Origin: Fibrobacter sp.
GTDB taxonomy: Bacteria > Fibrobacterota > Fibrobacteria > Fibrobacterales > Fibrobacteraceae
Length of the DNA stretch: 64,000 nucleotides
NCBI GenBank assembly: GCA_024398835.1
Contig: JAKSIK010000012.1
Coordinates: 4,540 to 68,539 of the forward strand
Direction of reading: 5' to 3'
Shown piece by piece: positions 9,638 through 18,689 of this stretch (its first letter is position 1; each line of letters starts with the position of its first letter). Position numbers and translations under genes: made by a program. The notes beneath the pieces are model-generated. The model did no database searches. It saw nothing but the letters and a program-made list of their open reading frames with translations, and had not been told where the DNA came from.

Positions 9638-11737
9638 ATGGCTCGCGCGCGCAAGACAATCACTCCAGACCCGTATGCAAAACCGATAGCGAAGGTGCTA
9701 CCGCCTTCTCAGAGTTTGCCCGGGAAACTGAAACAGTTTCAGGAGCCCATCCGCGCGAACTTCGAATTAGTTTCGCCGTATGGTGCCGCAGGCGACCAGC
9801 CCAAGGCCATCGAGCAGATTACCGAAGGTTTCAAGAACGGCGAGCAGTTTCAGACACTCCTCGGCGTTACAGGTTCCGGCAAAACATTCACCATGGCGAA
9901 TGTCATCAAGAATGTGGGGAAGCCAACCCTCATCCTCACCCACAACAAGACCCTAGCCGCACAGCTCTATCAGGAATTCAAAAGTTTCTTCCCGAATAAC
10001 GCCGTAGAATACTTTGTCAGCTATTACGACTACTTCCAGCCGGAAGCCTACATCGTCCATACGGACACCTACATCGAAAAAGACGCAAGCATCAACGATG
10101 AGATTGACAAACTGCGCCTGCGGGCGACGGCAAATTTGCTCACCCGCCGAGACGTCATCATCGTCGCGAGCGTGAGCTGCATCTACGGTCTCGGAAGCCC
10201 TGCCGAATATTTCGATTTGATGGTCCGCCTCAAAAAAGGCGACACTTACGACCGCGATAAAATCCTTCACGACCTAGTCCACATCCAGTATGAGCGCAAC
10301 GACTACGCCCTAGACCGCGGGACATTCCGCTGTCATGGAGACGTGATTGAAGTTCACCCCAGCTACGACGAGAACGGCCTGCGGATTGAGCTTTTCGGCG
10401 ATGAGGTGGACAGGCTTTGCCGCTTTAACATGGTGACAGGAGAAGTCATTCAGGAACTGGAGGAGATGACCATCGCTCCGGCGAAACATTTTGTGACTCG
10501 CGAGGAAAATAGGAACGCCATGCTCCAGCGGATTCAGTTCGAACTGACGGACCGTCTTGCCGAATTGGACAAGGAAGGAAAGGTTCTGGAATCCGCCCGA
10601 CTCAGCAGCCGCACCCGCTATGACATGGAAATGCTCCGAGAAACGGGCATGTGCAACGGCATCGAGAACTACTCCCGCATTATTGAGGACCGCGCCCCAG
10701 GAACAAGGCCCTTCACCCTCATCGACTACTTTGGCGACGACTGGCTTTTGATGGTGGATGAATCCCATGTGAGCATTCCCCAAGTGGGTGGCATGGCCGA
10801 AGGCGACAAGAGCCGAAAGACAACCCTTGTGCAGTACGGCTTCCGGCTGCCCTGTGCCCTAGACAACCGCCCCATGAACTTCAAGGAGTTCGAGTACATG
10901 TACCCGAAGCAGGTGCTGTTTGTGAGTGCGACTCCTGGAGATTACGAGTTGGAGAAGACTGGCGGTGTGGTGACAGAACAGATTAACCGCCCCACAGGAC
11001 TGCTGGACCCAAAAATCGAGATGTTCCCCATCAAGGGCCAGATGGACGTGCTGCTGTACCGGATTGAAGAAACAGTCAAGGCCGGAGACCGCGTGCTGGT
11101 CACCACCCTCACCAAGAAGATGGCCCAGGATTTGACGGACTATTTTGTAGAAGCGGGAATTCGCGCCAAATATTTGCACAGCGACATCAAGACATTGGAA
11201 CGCCATGACCTCATCAAGGGGCTGCGCACCGGAGAGTTTGACGTTCTCGTGGGCATCAACCTTTTGCGCGAGGGACTGGACCTGCCCGAAGTGAGCATGG
11301 TGGCCATTCTCGACGCCGACAAGGAAGGTTTTCTCCGCAACTACCGCAGTCTCATTCAGACCATGGGCCGCGCCAGCCGTAACGTGAACGGCACCGTGTT
11401 GCTCTTCGCCGACAACATGACGGATAGCCTTGACAAAGCTATTGCGGAAACCACCCGCCGGCGCGCACTGCAGGAAGCCTTCAACCAGGAACACGGCATC
11501 GTGCCCAAGTCCGTCAGCCGCAAGCTGGAAGACGACCTTGTCATCAACGACCCGCTGGCAGACCTCTGGAAGGGCGACAAGAACGCGGCAAGCAAGATGC
11601 GGGACGCCGAACCTGAGGAAGAAGACGAACCGCAAAGCATCGAAGAGCTGGAAAAACAGATGAAGGAAGCGGCCGCCAAGCTGGACTTCGAAGAAGCAGC
11701 ACGACTCCGGGACATTATTCGCGGAATGAAGGCCTAA
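9638..11737 (+). CDS. uvrB: excinuclease ABC subunit B
   Basis: GVTGSGKT, YYDYFQPEAY, DESH, GINLLREGLD, C-terminal UVR domain (LDFEEAARLRD). Confidence 0.98.
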   Translation: MARARKTITPDPYAKPIAKVLPPSQSLPGKLKQFQEPIRANFELVSPYGAAGDQPKAIEQITEGFKNGEQFQTLLGVTGSGKTFTMANVIKNVGKPTLILTHNKTLAAQLYQEFKSFFPNNAVEYFVSYYDYFQPEAYIVHTDTYIEKDASINDEIDKLRLRATANLLTRRDVIIVASVSCIYGLGSPAEYFDLMVRLKKGDTYDRDKILHDLVHIQYERNDYALDRGTFRCHGDVIEVHPSYDENGLRIELFGDEVDRLCRFNMVTGEVIQELEEMTIAPAKHFVTREENRNAMLQRIQFELTDRLAELDKEGKVLESARLSSRTRYDMEMLRETGMCNGIENYSRIIEDRAPGTRPFTLIDYFGDDWLLMVDESHVSIPQVGGMAEGDKSRKTTLVQYGFRLPCALDNRPMNFKEFEYMYPKQVLFVSATPGDYELEKTGGVVTEQINRPTGLLDPKIEMFPIKGQMDVLLYRIEETVKAGDRVLVTTLTKKMAQDLTDYFVEAGIRAKYLHSDIKTLERHDLIKGLRTGEFDVLVGINLLREGLDLPEVSMVAILDADKEGFLRNYRSLIQTMGRASRNVNGTVLLFADNMTDSLDKAIAETTRRRALQEAFNQEHGIVPKSVSRKLEDDLVINDPLADLWKGDKNAASKMRDAEPEEEDEPQSIEELEKQMKEAAAKLDFEEAARLRDIIRGMKA

Positions 11738-11829
11738 AAAGGCCCATTTTCCCCTCCACAGATTCCCCGAACCTATCGTTCCAACCCATTTTTATGTATT
11801 TTCAAGAAAAACAATTCATGAGGTATACA

Positions 11830-12813
11830 ATGAACTTCAAATCTCTTATTCTGGGATCGGCATTTGTCCTTTCCCTCTTTGGCCTCACCGCCTGCGGTGA
11901 CGACTCCTCCAATTCCGGTGGTGATGGTGACGAATTCGTGCCAGAAGAATACGAACCACCTGTTGCCAGCGATGTTTCTCCAGTTGTGTTCAACGGTTTA
12001 GCAGGGAATCTTGTTGGAAGTGCTGATGGCGCAGGACAGAGTCTCTCTTTTAGCGGAATGATTCAAATCGACCCTGACTTTGAAGATCCCAATGTAAAGT
12101 TTACTGCAGACGTGAACATTACCATCGACAGCATTGATTTTCAAGTCGCCTACGCTAAAGACGGGAAAACATACAAAGACACCGTTCTCGTAGATTTAGA
12201 TACGGAATTCCCCGCCTATAAAATTCTTCTCACAAAGAAGGGATTTGATCTTTCTAAGCTTTCTACATGTGGTGATTTCGACTTCAATGTTTACATTGTC
12301 GTCTACTCCCATGCTGAAGAAGAAGGAATTGATACCGTCACTTACACAAGCGTAAATAATTCCATCGTGTTCGGAAACACTTGCAAGGTGGAAGTTTCTT
12401 CTTCTTCTGTTGCTGAAGTTTGCACATCCGTCGCTTCAACAGAAGTAAGTCTTTCCAATCTTGTGGCAGGCAACATGGACGAACTAAACTTCGCCACCGG
12501 CACAAAGGACAATCCGCACATTAAGCTCGTCACCGAAGACAAAGTCACCTATCTTGAAGCTGTAGGCACTGGCGTACAGATTTTTGAAGAATTTGACGAA
12601 AAGCACTCTGGCGGCATCCCCCCCGACGCTTCCGAATGCCTTGAAACATTCAAGAAACTTGGAGCGGGCAAGACAAAAGTTGAAATAGCAATGATGGGCT
12701 GGTACATTGTTGAAACCCCAGAAGGCTCCTTCCCGCTCTATGCAGGCTCAACAGTCTACTCTGACGATGGCAGCCGTGGCACCTTCGAGCTTACCTACCT
12801 CAAGAAGCCGTAA
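11830..12813 (+). CDS. hypothetical lipoprotein
   Basis: GAGG RBS then MNFKS signal peptide with lipobox LTAC-GDD; start moved from 11794 to ATG 11830. Confidence 0.75.
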   Translation: MNFKSLILGSAFVLSLFGLTACGDDSSNSGGDGDEFVPEEYEPPVASDVSPVVFNGLAGNLVGSADGAGQSLSFSGMIQIDPDFEDPNVKFTADVNITIDSIDFQVAYAKDGKTYKDTVLVDLDTEFPAYKILLTKKGFDLSKLSTCGDFDFNVYIVVYSHAEEEGIDTVTYTSVNNSIVFGNTCKVEVSSSSVAEVCTSVASTEVSLSNLVAGNMDELNFATGTKDNPHIKLVTEDKVTYLEAVGTGVQIFEEFDEKHSGGIPPDASECLETFKKLGAGKTKVEIAMMGWYIVETPEGSFPLYAGSTVYSDDGSRGTFELTYLKKP

Positions 12814-12831
12814 TCACAAAATCGTCTTTTC

Positions 12832-12860
12832 AAAGGCTCCCGCATTGCGGGAGCTTTTTT
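12832..12860 (+). terminator. intrinsic terminator
   Basis: AAGGCTCCCGC-ATT-GCGGGAGCTT followed by a T run. Confidence 0.8.
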
Positions 12861-12949
12861 GTTTGCCATTGGCAGAGCCAATGTTTTATTTCTAAATTAG
12901 GCCTGTATTTTAACGCGCCCGGAAGGTCCGGGCATAACTGGAGTTAATC

Positions 12950-14584
12950 ATGCTCAACAAGCTTTCCAATTTCCCGGGCATCAAGGGCCCGGTCGTAACC
13001 ATCGTGATGGATGGTTTTGGTATCACCGATAAAGTCGAAGGTAACGCCATCAAGGCAGCCCGTACGCCGGTTCTTGATAATCTCTTCAAGATGTACCCGA
13101 ACGTGCTTCTGAAGGCCCACGGCCGCGCTGTCGGTATGCCGACGAACGAAGACATGGGTAACTCCGAAGTGGGCCACAACGCCATCGGCGCAGGCCAGGT
13201 GTACAACCAGGGTGCAGCCCTCGTGCAAGATTCCATCGTCTCCGGCGAAATCTTCGAACGCGATGCCTGGAAGGAAATTTCCGCCAATGTCCGCGAAAAG
13301 AACACGGTCCTCCACTTCATCGGCCTTTTCAGCGACGGCAATGTCCACAGTAACATTAGCCACTTGAAAGCCATGGTCGCCGAAGCCAAGAAGGAAAACA
13401 TCAAGAAAGTCCGCGTCCACATTCTCTTGGACGGCCGTGACGTTCCGGAAACCTCCGCTCTTGACTACGTGGAACCGTTCGAAAAGTTCCTCGCTGAACT
13501 CCGCAGCCCGGAATTCGACGTTTGCATCGCCAGCGGCGGTGGCCGTATGCAGATTACCATGGACCGCTACAACGCCAACTGGAAGATGGTTGAACTCGGC
13601 TGGAAGACTCACGTGCTTGGCGAAGGCCGCATGTTCGAAAGCGCAAAGCAGGCCATCGAAACTCTCCGCGGCGAAACCAAGGCCATCGACCAGGATTTGC
13701 CTCCGTTCGTGATTGCCGCCAACGGCCAACCCGTGGGCACCATCAACGACGGCGACTCCGTAGTGTTCTTCAACTTCCGTGGCGACCGCGCTATCGAAAT
13801 CAGCCGCGCTTTCGAAGAGGAATCCTTCAGCGAATTCGACCGCAAGCGCTTCCCGAAGGTTTGCTACGCCGGCATGCTCCAGTACGACGGTGACCTAAAG
13901 CTCCCCAACCGTTTCCTCGTGCCGCCTCCGGCCATCAAGGAAACCTCCGGCGAATGGTTCGCAGAAACTGGCGTGAAGCAATTCGCCTGCTCCGAAACGC
14001 AGAAGTACGGCCACGTGACCTACTTCTGGAATGGTAACCGTTCCAGCAAGTTCGACGGCGAAACCTACCTCGAAATCGAATCCGACGTCGTTCCGTTCGA
14101 ACAGCGCCCGTGGATGAAGGCCGCCGAAGTGACCGACGCCATGATCGAAGCCATCAAGACCGGCAAGTACCAGACGCTTCGCTGCAACTACCCGAACGGC
14201 GACATGGTGGGCCACACCGGTTCCTTCCGCGCCGCTACCATGGCTATCGAAGCAGTGGACATCGGACTTGCACGACTCCTCCCGGTGATTGACGCCGCTG
14301 GTGGTGTCGCCATCATCACCGCCGACCACGGTAACGCCGACGAAATGTACGAAATCGACAAGAAGACCGGCATGCCGAAGGTGAACAAGGACGGATCCTT
14401 CAAGGCAAAGACCAGCCACACGCTTAACAAGGTTCCGTGCATTTTGTACGACAACGTCACGGGCGGCAAGCTCGGCCTCAAGGAAGGCGACTGGGGTCTT
14501 TCGAACCTCGCCGCAACCACGGCAAACCTCCTCGGCTTCGAAAAGCATGAGGCTTGGGATGAATCGATGCTCATCATCAAGTAA
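12950..14584 (+). CDS. gpmI: 2,3-bisphosphoglycerate-independent phosphoglycerate mutase
   Basis: MDGFG, MGNSEVGH (phosphoserine), SDGNVHS, DMVGHTG, TADHGNAD motifs. Confidence 0.97.
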   Translation: MLNKLSNFPGIKGPVVTIVMDGFGITDKVEGNAIKAARTPVLDNLFKMYPNVLLKAHGRAVGMPTNEDMGNSEVGHNAIGAGQVYNQGAALVQDSIVSGEIFERDAWKEISANVREKNTVLHFIGLFSDGNVHSNISHLKAMVAEAKKENIKKVRVHILLDGRDVPETSALDYVEPFEKFLAELRSPEFDVCIASGGGRMQITMDRYNANWKMVELGWKTHVLGEGRMFESAKQAIETLRGETKAIDQDLPPFVIAANGQPVGTINDGDSVVFFNFRGDRAIEISRAFEEESFSEFDRKRFPKVCYAGMLQYDGDLKLPNRFLVPPPAIKETSGEWFAETGVKQFACSETQKYGHVTYFWNGNRSSKFDGETYLEIESDVVPFEQRPWMKAAEVTDAMIEAIKTGKYQTLRCNYPNGDMVGHTGSFRAATMAIEAVDIGLARLLPVIDAAGGVAIITADHGNADEMYEIDKKTGMPKVNKDGSFKAKTSHTLNKVPCILYDNVTGGKLGLKEGDWGLSNLAATTANLLGFEKHEAWDESMLIIK

Positions 14585-14618
14585 CGAGCACCAACCATTC
14601 GTATCAAAACAAATAAAT

Positions 14619-14648
14619 AAAAAAGGACTCCTTCGGGAGTCCTTTTTT
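14619..14648 (+). terminator. intrinsic (bidirectional-type) terminator after gpmI
   Basis: AAAAAAGGACTCC-TTCG-GGAGTCCTTTTTT. Confidence 0.85.
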
Positions 14649-14778
14649 GCTTACGCCTCCAAATCCTTTTTAAGATTTGCAGTCCACTAAAGTGGACGCA
14701 AAATCTAAAAAAAACGATTTCGTTCACCGATTGATGGTCTAAAGACCATCTCCCGTGCTGAAGCACGGAGGTTCATGA

Positions 14779-14814
14779 GAGGCCTGGGATGAATCGATGC
14801 TCATCGTGAAGTAA
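14779..14814 (+). repeat. second copy of the gpmI 3' end
   Basis: 33/36 identical to 14549-14584; encodes EAWDESMLIVK* versus EAWDESMLIIK*. Confidence 0.9.
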
Positions 14815-14939
14815 TGGTTAGCGGTTCGTAAACAGGACCGCATACAAAAAAAGGGGCCGAAAGGCTCCTTTTCTATTTAACCTCAAAATGAAAGAACCCA
14901 GCCTTAAGCCGGGTTCTTCACATTTAGACCAATCTTTTA

Positions 14940-16127
14940 TTACAGGTCGGAATCATCTTCGCTAGCACCATCGCAAGTGCCGTACTTACCCACCTTGTAA
15001 ATCTTCATAGTATTTGAATATTCAGCAGGAGAGCAATAGGCCGCAGAACTGCACAAATCAGCAGACCAAGAGGTGTCATCATTAGTGTACTTGAAATCAA
15101 TACCTGTCACAGCATTCATTGCCGTAGAAGCCTTCACTGTTTTAGCCCAAGATGCCTGTTTAAAATCACTCCATTCAATATCAACTATTTTCTTCTTTGT
15201 TGTAGCAGCAAGGGGATATTCATAGAAACCGCTATCTTCATTCTTCGGGCTGGTAAGGCCTATGCGGAACTGAGCATCAGCTTCATAGACCACGCAAATA
15301 CCAGTGTCGTCAATTTCCAACACAGAAGCGACTTCAGAATTTGCATCCTCAACCAGCGGAATTGAGAATCCACCATACGGATATGGATCCGGAGCCACAT
15401 AAGTAGTTGTCAAGTACTCTCCGTAGTATGAATCATAATATTCCGTTTCCATGTTCTTGAAATTATCATAGACCAAGGTTACATCCAGCAGCAGGTGATC
15501 TTCCATAAACTTGCCCGAAGCCTCGGAGGATCCGCCATCCAAATTGTCAACGTACTTTTTCCATGTACCCACATTAACCGGTTCTACTTTAAAGAAGTTG
15601 TACTCATCCATGTCATCAATGAGGAACGTCCTTGCACGCTTCTTGTAAGAAGCAGTCCAAATAATGCCGTCTTCGAAAGTAACAACCTTCTCACCAGAAT
15701 CCGTTTTCTTGCTGCTGGAAGACTTCTCGTCGTCATCCTTGCTATCTGAGGAACCGGGGATATCAATATCGGCAGGGTCCACAGATTCCCAGTCGCCGTT
15801 ATCACATATCACGATTTCTTCATCTTCAATATTATAGAATTTACTTCCATTTCTCTTATCACTGCACTTCGGCAAATCGTCCGCAGTCTCAACGGCGGGG
15901 AACCATTTCTTAGCGGCGCCCACGCAAGCATAGCTGCCTTCATCCTTCACTTCAACGATTTTACCATTAGAAGACTTTCCACAAGACGGCAGATCTTCCA
16001 CAGATTCAATAGAGGATTCATCACCCGAACCACCGGTCGGAGTCTTATCCGAGGAAGAAGAATCGCTACATGCAGCCAGACCGAATAGCAGCGCTGCGCC
16101 ACATGACAATGTAAACACCTTTTTCAT
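14940..16127 (-). CDS. lipoprotein with Cys-repeat modules and a C-terminal carbohydrate-binding-like (CBM11/CIA30-like) domain
   Basis: lipobox LAAC-SD; two DLPxC...G...C..W repeats; C-terminal GICVVY...IEWSDFKQASW...GIDFK pattern. Confidence 0.65.
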   Translation of the reverse strand: MKKVFTLSCGAALLFGLAACSDSSSSDKTPTGGSGDESSIESVEDLPSCGKSSNGKIVEVKDEGSYACVGAAKKWFPAVETADDLPKCSDKRNGSKFYNIEDEEIVICDNGDWESVDPADIDIPGSSDSKDDDEKSSSSKKTDSGEKVVTFEDGIIWTASYKKRARTFLIDDMDEYNFFKVEPVNVGTWKKYVDNLDGGSSEASGKFMEDHLLLDVTLVYDNFKNMETEYYDSYYGEYLTTTYVAPDPYPYGGFSIPLVEDANSEVASVLEIDDTGICVVYEADAQFRIGLTSPKNEDSGFYEYPLAATTKKKIVDIEWSDFKQASWAKTVKASTAMNAVTGIDFKYTNDDTSWSADLCSSAAYCSPAEYSNTMKIYKVGKYGTCDGASEDDSDL

Positions 16128-16230
16128 AAAGTACTCCTTAAGTTAAAAAGCTTTTATAAATATATGTTTTTCTGCCGTTTTTTTCAAAAACATCCCTAAA
16201 AAACGGAGATCAACACCAAAAAAAACGACT

Positions 16231-16818
16231 CTATGCCCCCATAAAGGTCAGCAACTCTGACAATTGAAGATAAACGTCTTCCTTTTCGCCCGAATTATCA
16301 ATAAATCTTAGATTTTTCCCAAATTTTTGCAGTTCTTGTAGCATTCCCTGCTGATTCTGGATTCTATTCGCAATTTCGTTTTCCGTCATTCCCCTATCCA
16401 GCAAGCGCTGTTTTTGGCAGCGCTCATCCGTTTTTACCACCCAAATGGCATCCAGCATTTCAACGATTGAAGAGGAACGGGACAACACCGCAGCCTCCAA
16501 GAAGCATGTTTCATTAGGATATTTCACAAAAAAAGATCGAACCGACTCCGTAAGGTAGGGATAGACTAAATTTTCCAGTTGGATTCTAGCAGAATTATTT
16601 TGAAAAATCAAGTTTGAAAAAAAAGCCCTGTTCACGCCATCTAGAGTCAAAGACTCAGGGCCAAACTCCTCGGCAATTCGTTCCCGCAAAGGCAGGCAAC
16701 TCCGGTAAAGGTCATGGACCTGCTTATCCGCATCCAATACCGGATAGCCCTTTTGCTGAAGAAGTCTACATACAAAAGACTTCCCAGAACCTATCATACC
16801 TGTCACACCTATTTTCAT
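16231..16818 (-). CDS. coaE: dephospho-CoA kinase
   Basis: MKIGVTGMIGSGKS P-loop, LDAD, IDNSG; the upstream extension to 16842 is heptamer-repeat sequence. Confidence 0.92.
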   Translation of the reverse strand: MKIGVTGMIGSGKSFVCRLLQQKGYPVLDADKQVHDLYRSCLPLRERIAEEFGPESLTLDGVNRAFFSNLIFQNNSARIQLENLVYPYLTESVRSFFVKYPNETCFLEAAVLSRSSSIVEMLDAIWVVKTDERCQKQRLLDRGMTENEIANRIQNQQGMLQELQKFGKNLRFIDNSGEKEDVYLQLSELLTFMGA

Positions 16819-16827
16819 ATCAAATCT

Positions 16828-17092
16828 CAATTCACAATTCAAAATTCAAAATTAATCATGCCTGGATTGCCGCGCTACGCTCGCAATGACGTTTCTGAAG
16901 CATCTCACAATTCATCATTCAGCATTCCGCATTCAGCATTCATCATCTCATAATTCATACTTCGTAATCAATCATGCCTGGATTGCCGCGCTACGCTCGC
17001 AATGACGTTTCTGAAGCATCTCACAATTCATCATTCAGCATTCCGCATTCAGCATTCATCATCTCATAATTCATACTTCATAATTCATAATT
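16828..17092. repeat. composite repeat: two 116-bp units, each a CGTC REP plus a heptamer array
   Basis: REP GATTGCCGCGCTACGCTCGCAATGACG at 16865-16891 and 16981-17007, each followed by CAATTCA/CATTCAG/TAATTCA-type heptamers. Confidence 0.92.
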
Positions 17093-17962
17093 CTACTTTC
17101 CGAGAGATATCAGGCATAGTCCCAGCACCACTCCAAGCAAGGCGAGAAACTTCATCTTGCTCTTCCGCTCCTTGAAAATTAGTATCCCAAAGACAAAGCT
17201 GATGAACACGCTGGAACGACGAAGCACCGTAATCACAGAAATCAGCGCATCCGGATTCCCAACCGCCAAAAAGTAGAAGCGGTCCGCAATGATGAGGAGG
17301 GCAGCCACCGCCAAAAATGTCCAGCGGAACTGGAACGGCGTGGTACTCTTTCGCGTGGGGAACCAGGTGAAGGCGGTAATAAGAAACTGCACCACCAGCA
17401 TATAGATGCTAAACCATACCTGCACCGTCATGGGCTCGAAGTTCATCCGCTGGAGAATGAACTTGTCATAGATTCCGCTACAGGAGGCAAGAATGGTTCC
17501 GAGCACCATGGAAATGACCCAACCGTTGCTAAAGAAATGCCCCATCTCTTTACGGCCAGCAAGACTCAACCCCACATAGGAGCAAATACAAATCGCTATA
17601 CCCAACCACTGCAGCGGGAAGGGTCGCTCCCCCATAAAGCCAACCGCAATCATGATGGTGAAAAGAGGCGCCAGAGCGCGGATGGTTGTAGAAATACTGA
17701 GGGGCATGTGGGCAATGGCGTTGTAAGTAAATAACCAACTCGCCCCAACGATGACCGCCTTTCCCATAAGGTAGAGGTGATCGTGGAAGGTGAGGGATTC
17801 GCAATGGCCCGTAAACAACACGGGAAGCATAAAAAGGGCGTAAAACGCACTGCAAAGCAACAAAACCGGGCGGACGGCATTGTCCTGAACCGATTTTTTC
17901 TTAGCCAAATCGTAAAATCCCAAGAAAACAGCGGAACCAAAGGCCAAAAGTAACCATGACAT
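17093..17962 (-). CDS. EamA/DMT family transporter
   Basis: 289 aa, about 10 TM in two EamA repeats (FMGER, LIFKER). Confidence 0.88.
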   Translation of the reverse strand: MSWLLLAFGSAVFLGFYDLAKKKSVQDNAVRPVLLLCSAFYALFMLPVLFTGHCESLTFHDHLYLMGKAVIVGASWLFTYNAIAHMPLSISTTIRALAPLFTIMIAVGFMGERPFPLQWLGIAICICSYVGLSLAGRKEMGHFFSNGWVISMVLGTILASCSGIYDKFILQRMNFEPMTVQVWFSIYMLVVQFLITAFTWFPTRKSTTPFQFRWTFLAVAALLIIADRFYFLAVGNPDALISVITVLRRSSVFISFVFGILIFKERKSKMKFLALLGVVLGLCLISLGK

Positions 17963-18049
17963 AGCTCACACAATTTAGAAATCAGGCTTGAAAAAGCCAT
18001 GGACAAAGCTATTTTTTATTTGCTTAAACAATAAACAAAAGGATCCACA

Positions 18050-18496
18050 ATGGACATTAAAGGTAAAGCAGGCTCTCTGCTCGAAGAATTCAAGGCCTTC
18101 GCATTCAAGGGCAACATTGTCGACATGGCTATCGGTGTTATCATCGGTGGTGCTTTCGGTAAAATCGTCACTTCCTTCGTGAACGACATCGTTATGCCGT
18201 GCGTCACCGGACTTATCGCTCTCGGTGGTGGCAAGGACGCTGGCGAAGGTCTCAAGGCTCTCAGCTTTGATCTCGGCGGTGTAGCCGTTCCGTACGGAAG
18301 CTTCATTGGTGGCATCATCGACTTCCTCATTGTGGCCATCGTGGTGTTCATCGTCATGAAAAAGTTCCTTGGCTTCATGCAGAACATGCGCAAGAAGGAA
18401 GAAGAAGCTCCGGCTCCTGCCGAACCTCCTGCTCCTCCTGAACCGTCTGCTGAGGAAAAGCTCCTCACCGAAATCCGCGACCTTCTCAAGAAGTAA
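18050..18496 (+). CDS. mscL: large-conductance mechanosensitive channel
   Basis: EFKAFAFKGNIVDMAIGVIIGGAFGKIV...LLTEIRDLL. Confidence 0.97.
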   Translation: MDIKGKAGSLLEEFKAFAFKGNIVDMAIGVIIGGAFGKIVTSFVNDIVMPCVTGLIALGGGKDAGEGLKALSFDLGGVAVPYGSFIGGIIDFLIVAIVVFIVMKKFLGFMQNMRKKEEEAPAPAEPPAPPEPSAEEKLLTEIRDLLKK

Positions 18497-18530
18497 TCGC
18501 CGGATTCCTCGACTCAGGAACCAAGATTTA

Positions 18531-18557
18531 CGCCGCGACTACCGTCGCGGCTTTTTT
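18531..18557 (+). terminator. intrinsic terminator after mscL
   Basis: GCCGCGAC-TACC-GTCGCGGC followed by TTTTTT. Confidence 0.82.
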
Positions 18558-18689
18558 GTGCAACAATCCCGCTTTTTTCACTTATCCAAAACCCATTTTT
18601 TAGGTCCACATTACATCGCCAGCTTTATTTTGACTAGATTTTAAAAATCTTTTAAAACATCCATACTTTTCAAAAGTTTAGGAGTCCTG

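Noticed and set aside
12915..12935. GCCCGGAAGGTCCGGGC hairpin as SRP RNA or a riboswitch
   Set aside because: Too short and lacks the SRP helix-8 internal loop; probably a 5' UTR hairpin of gpmI.
16819..16842. N-terminal extension of coaE (MNCELRFD)
   Set aside because: It is translated heptamer repeat. CoaE homology starts at MKIG.
16854..17085. 116-bp units as CRISPR repeat-spacer pairs
   Set aside because: Only two units, and the would-be spacers are identical heptamer tracts.
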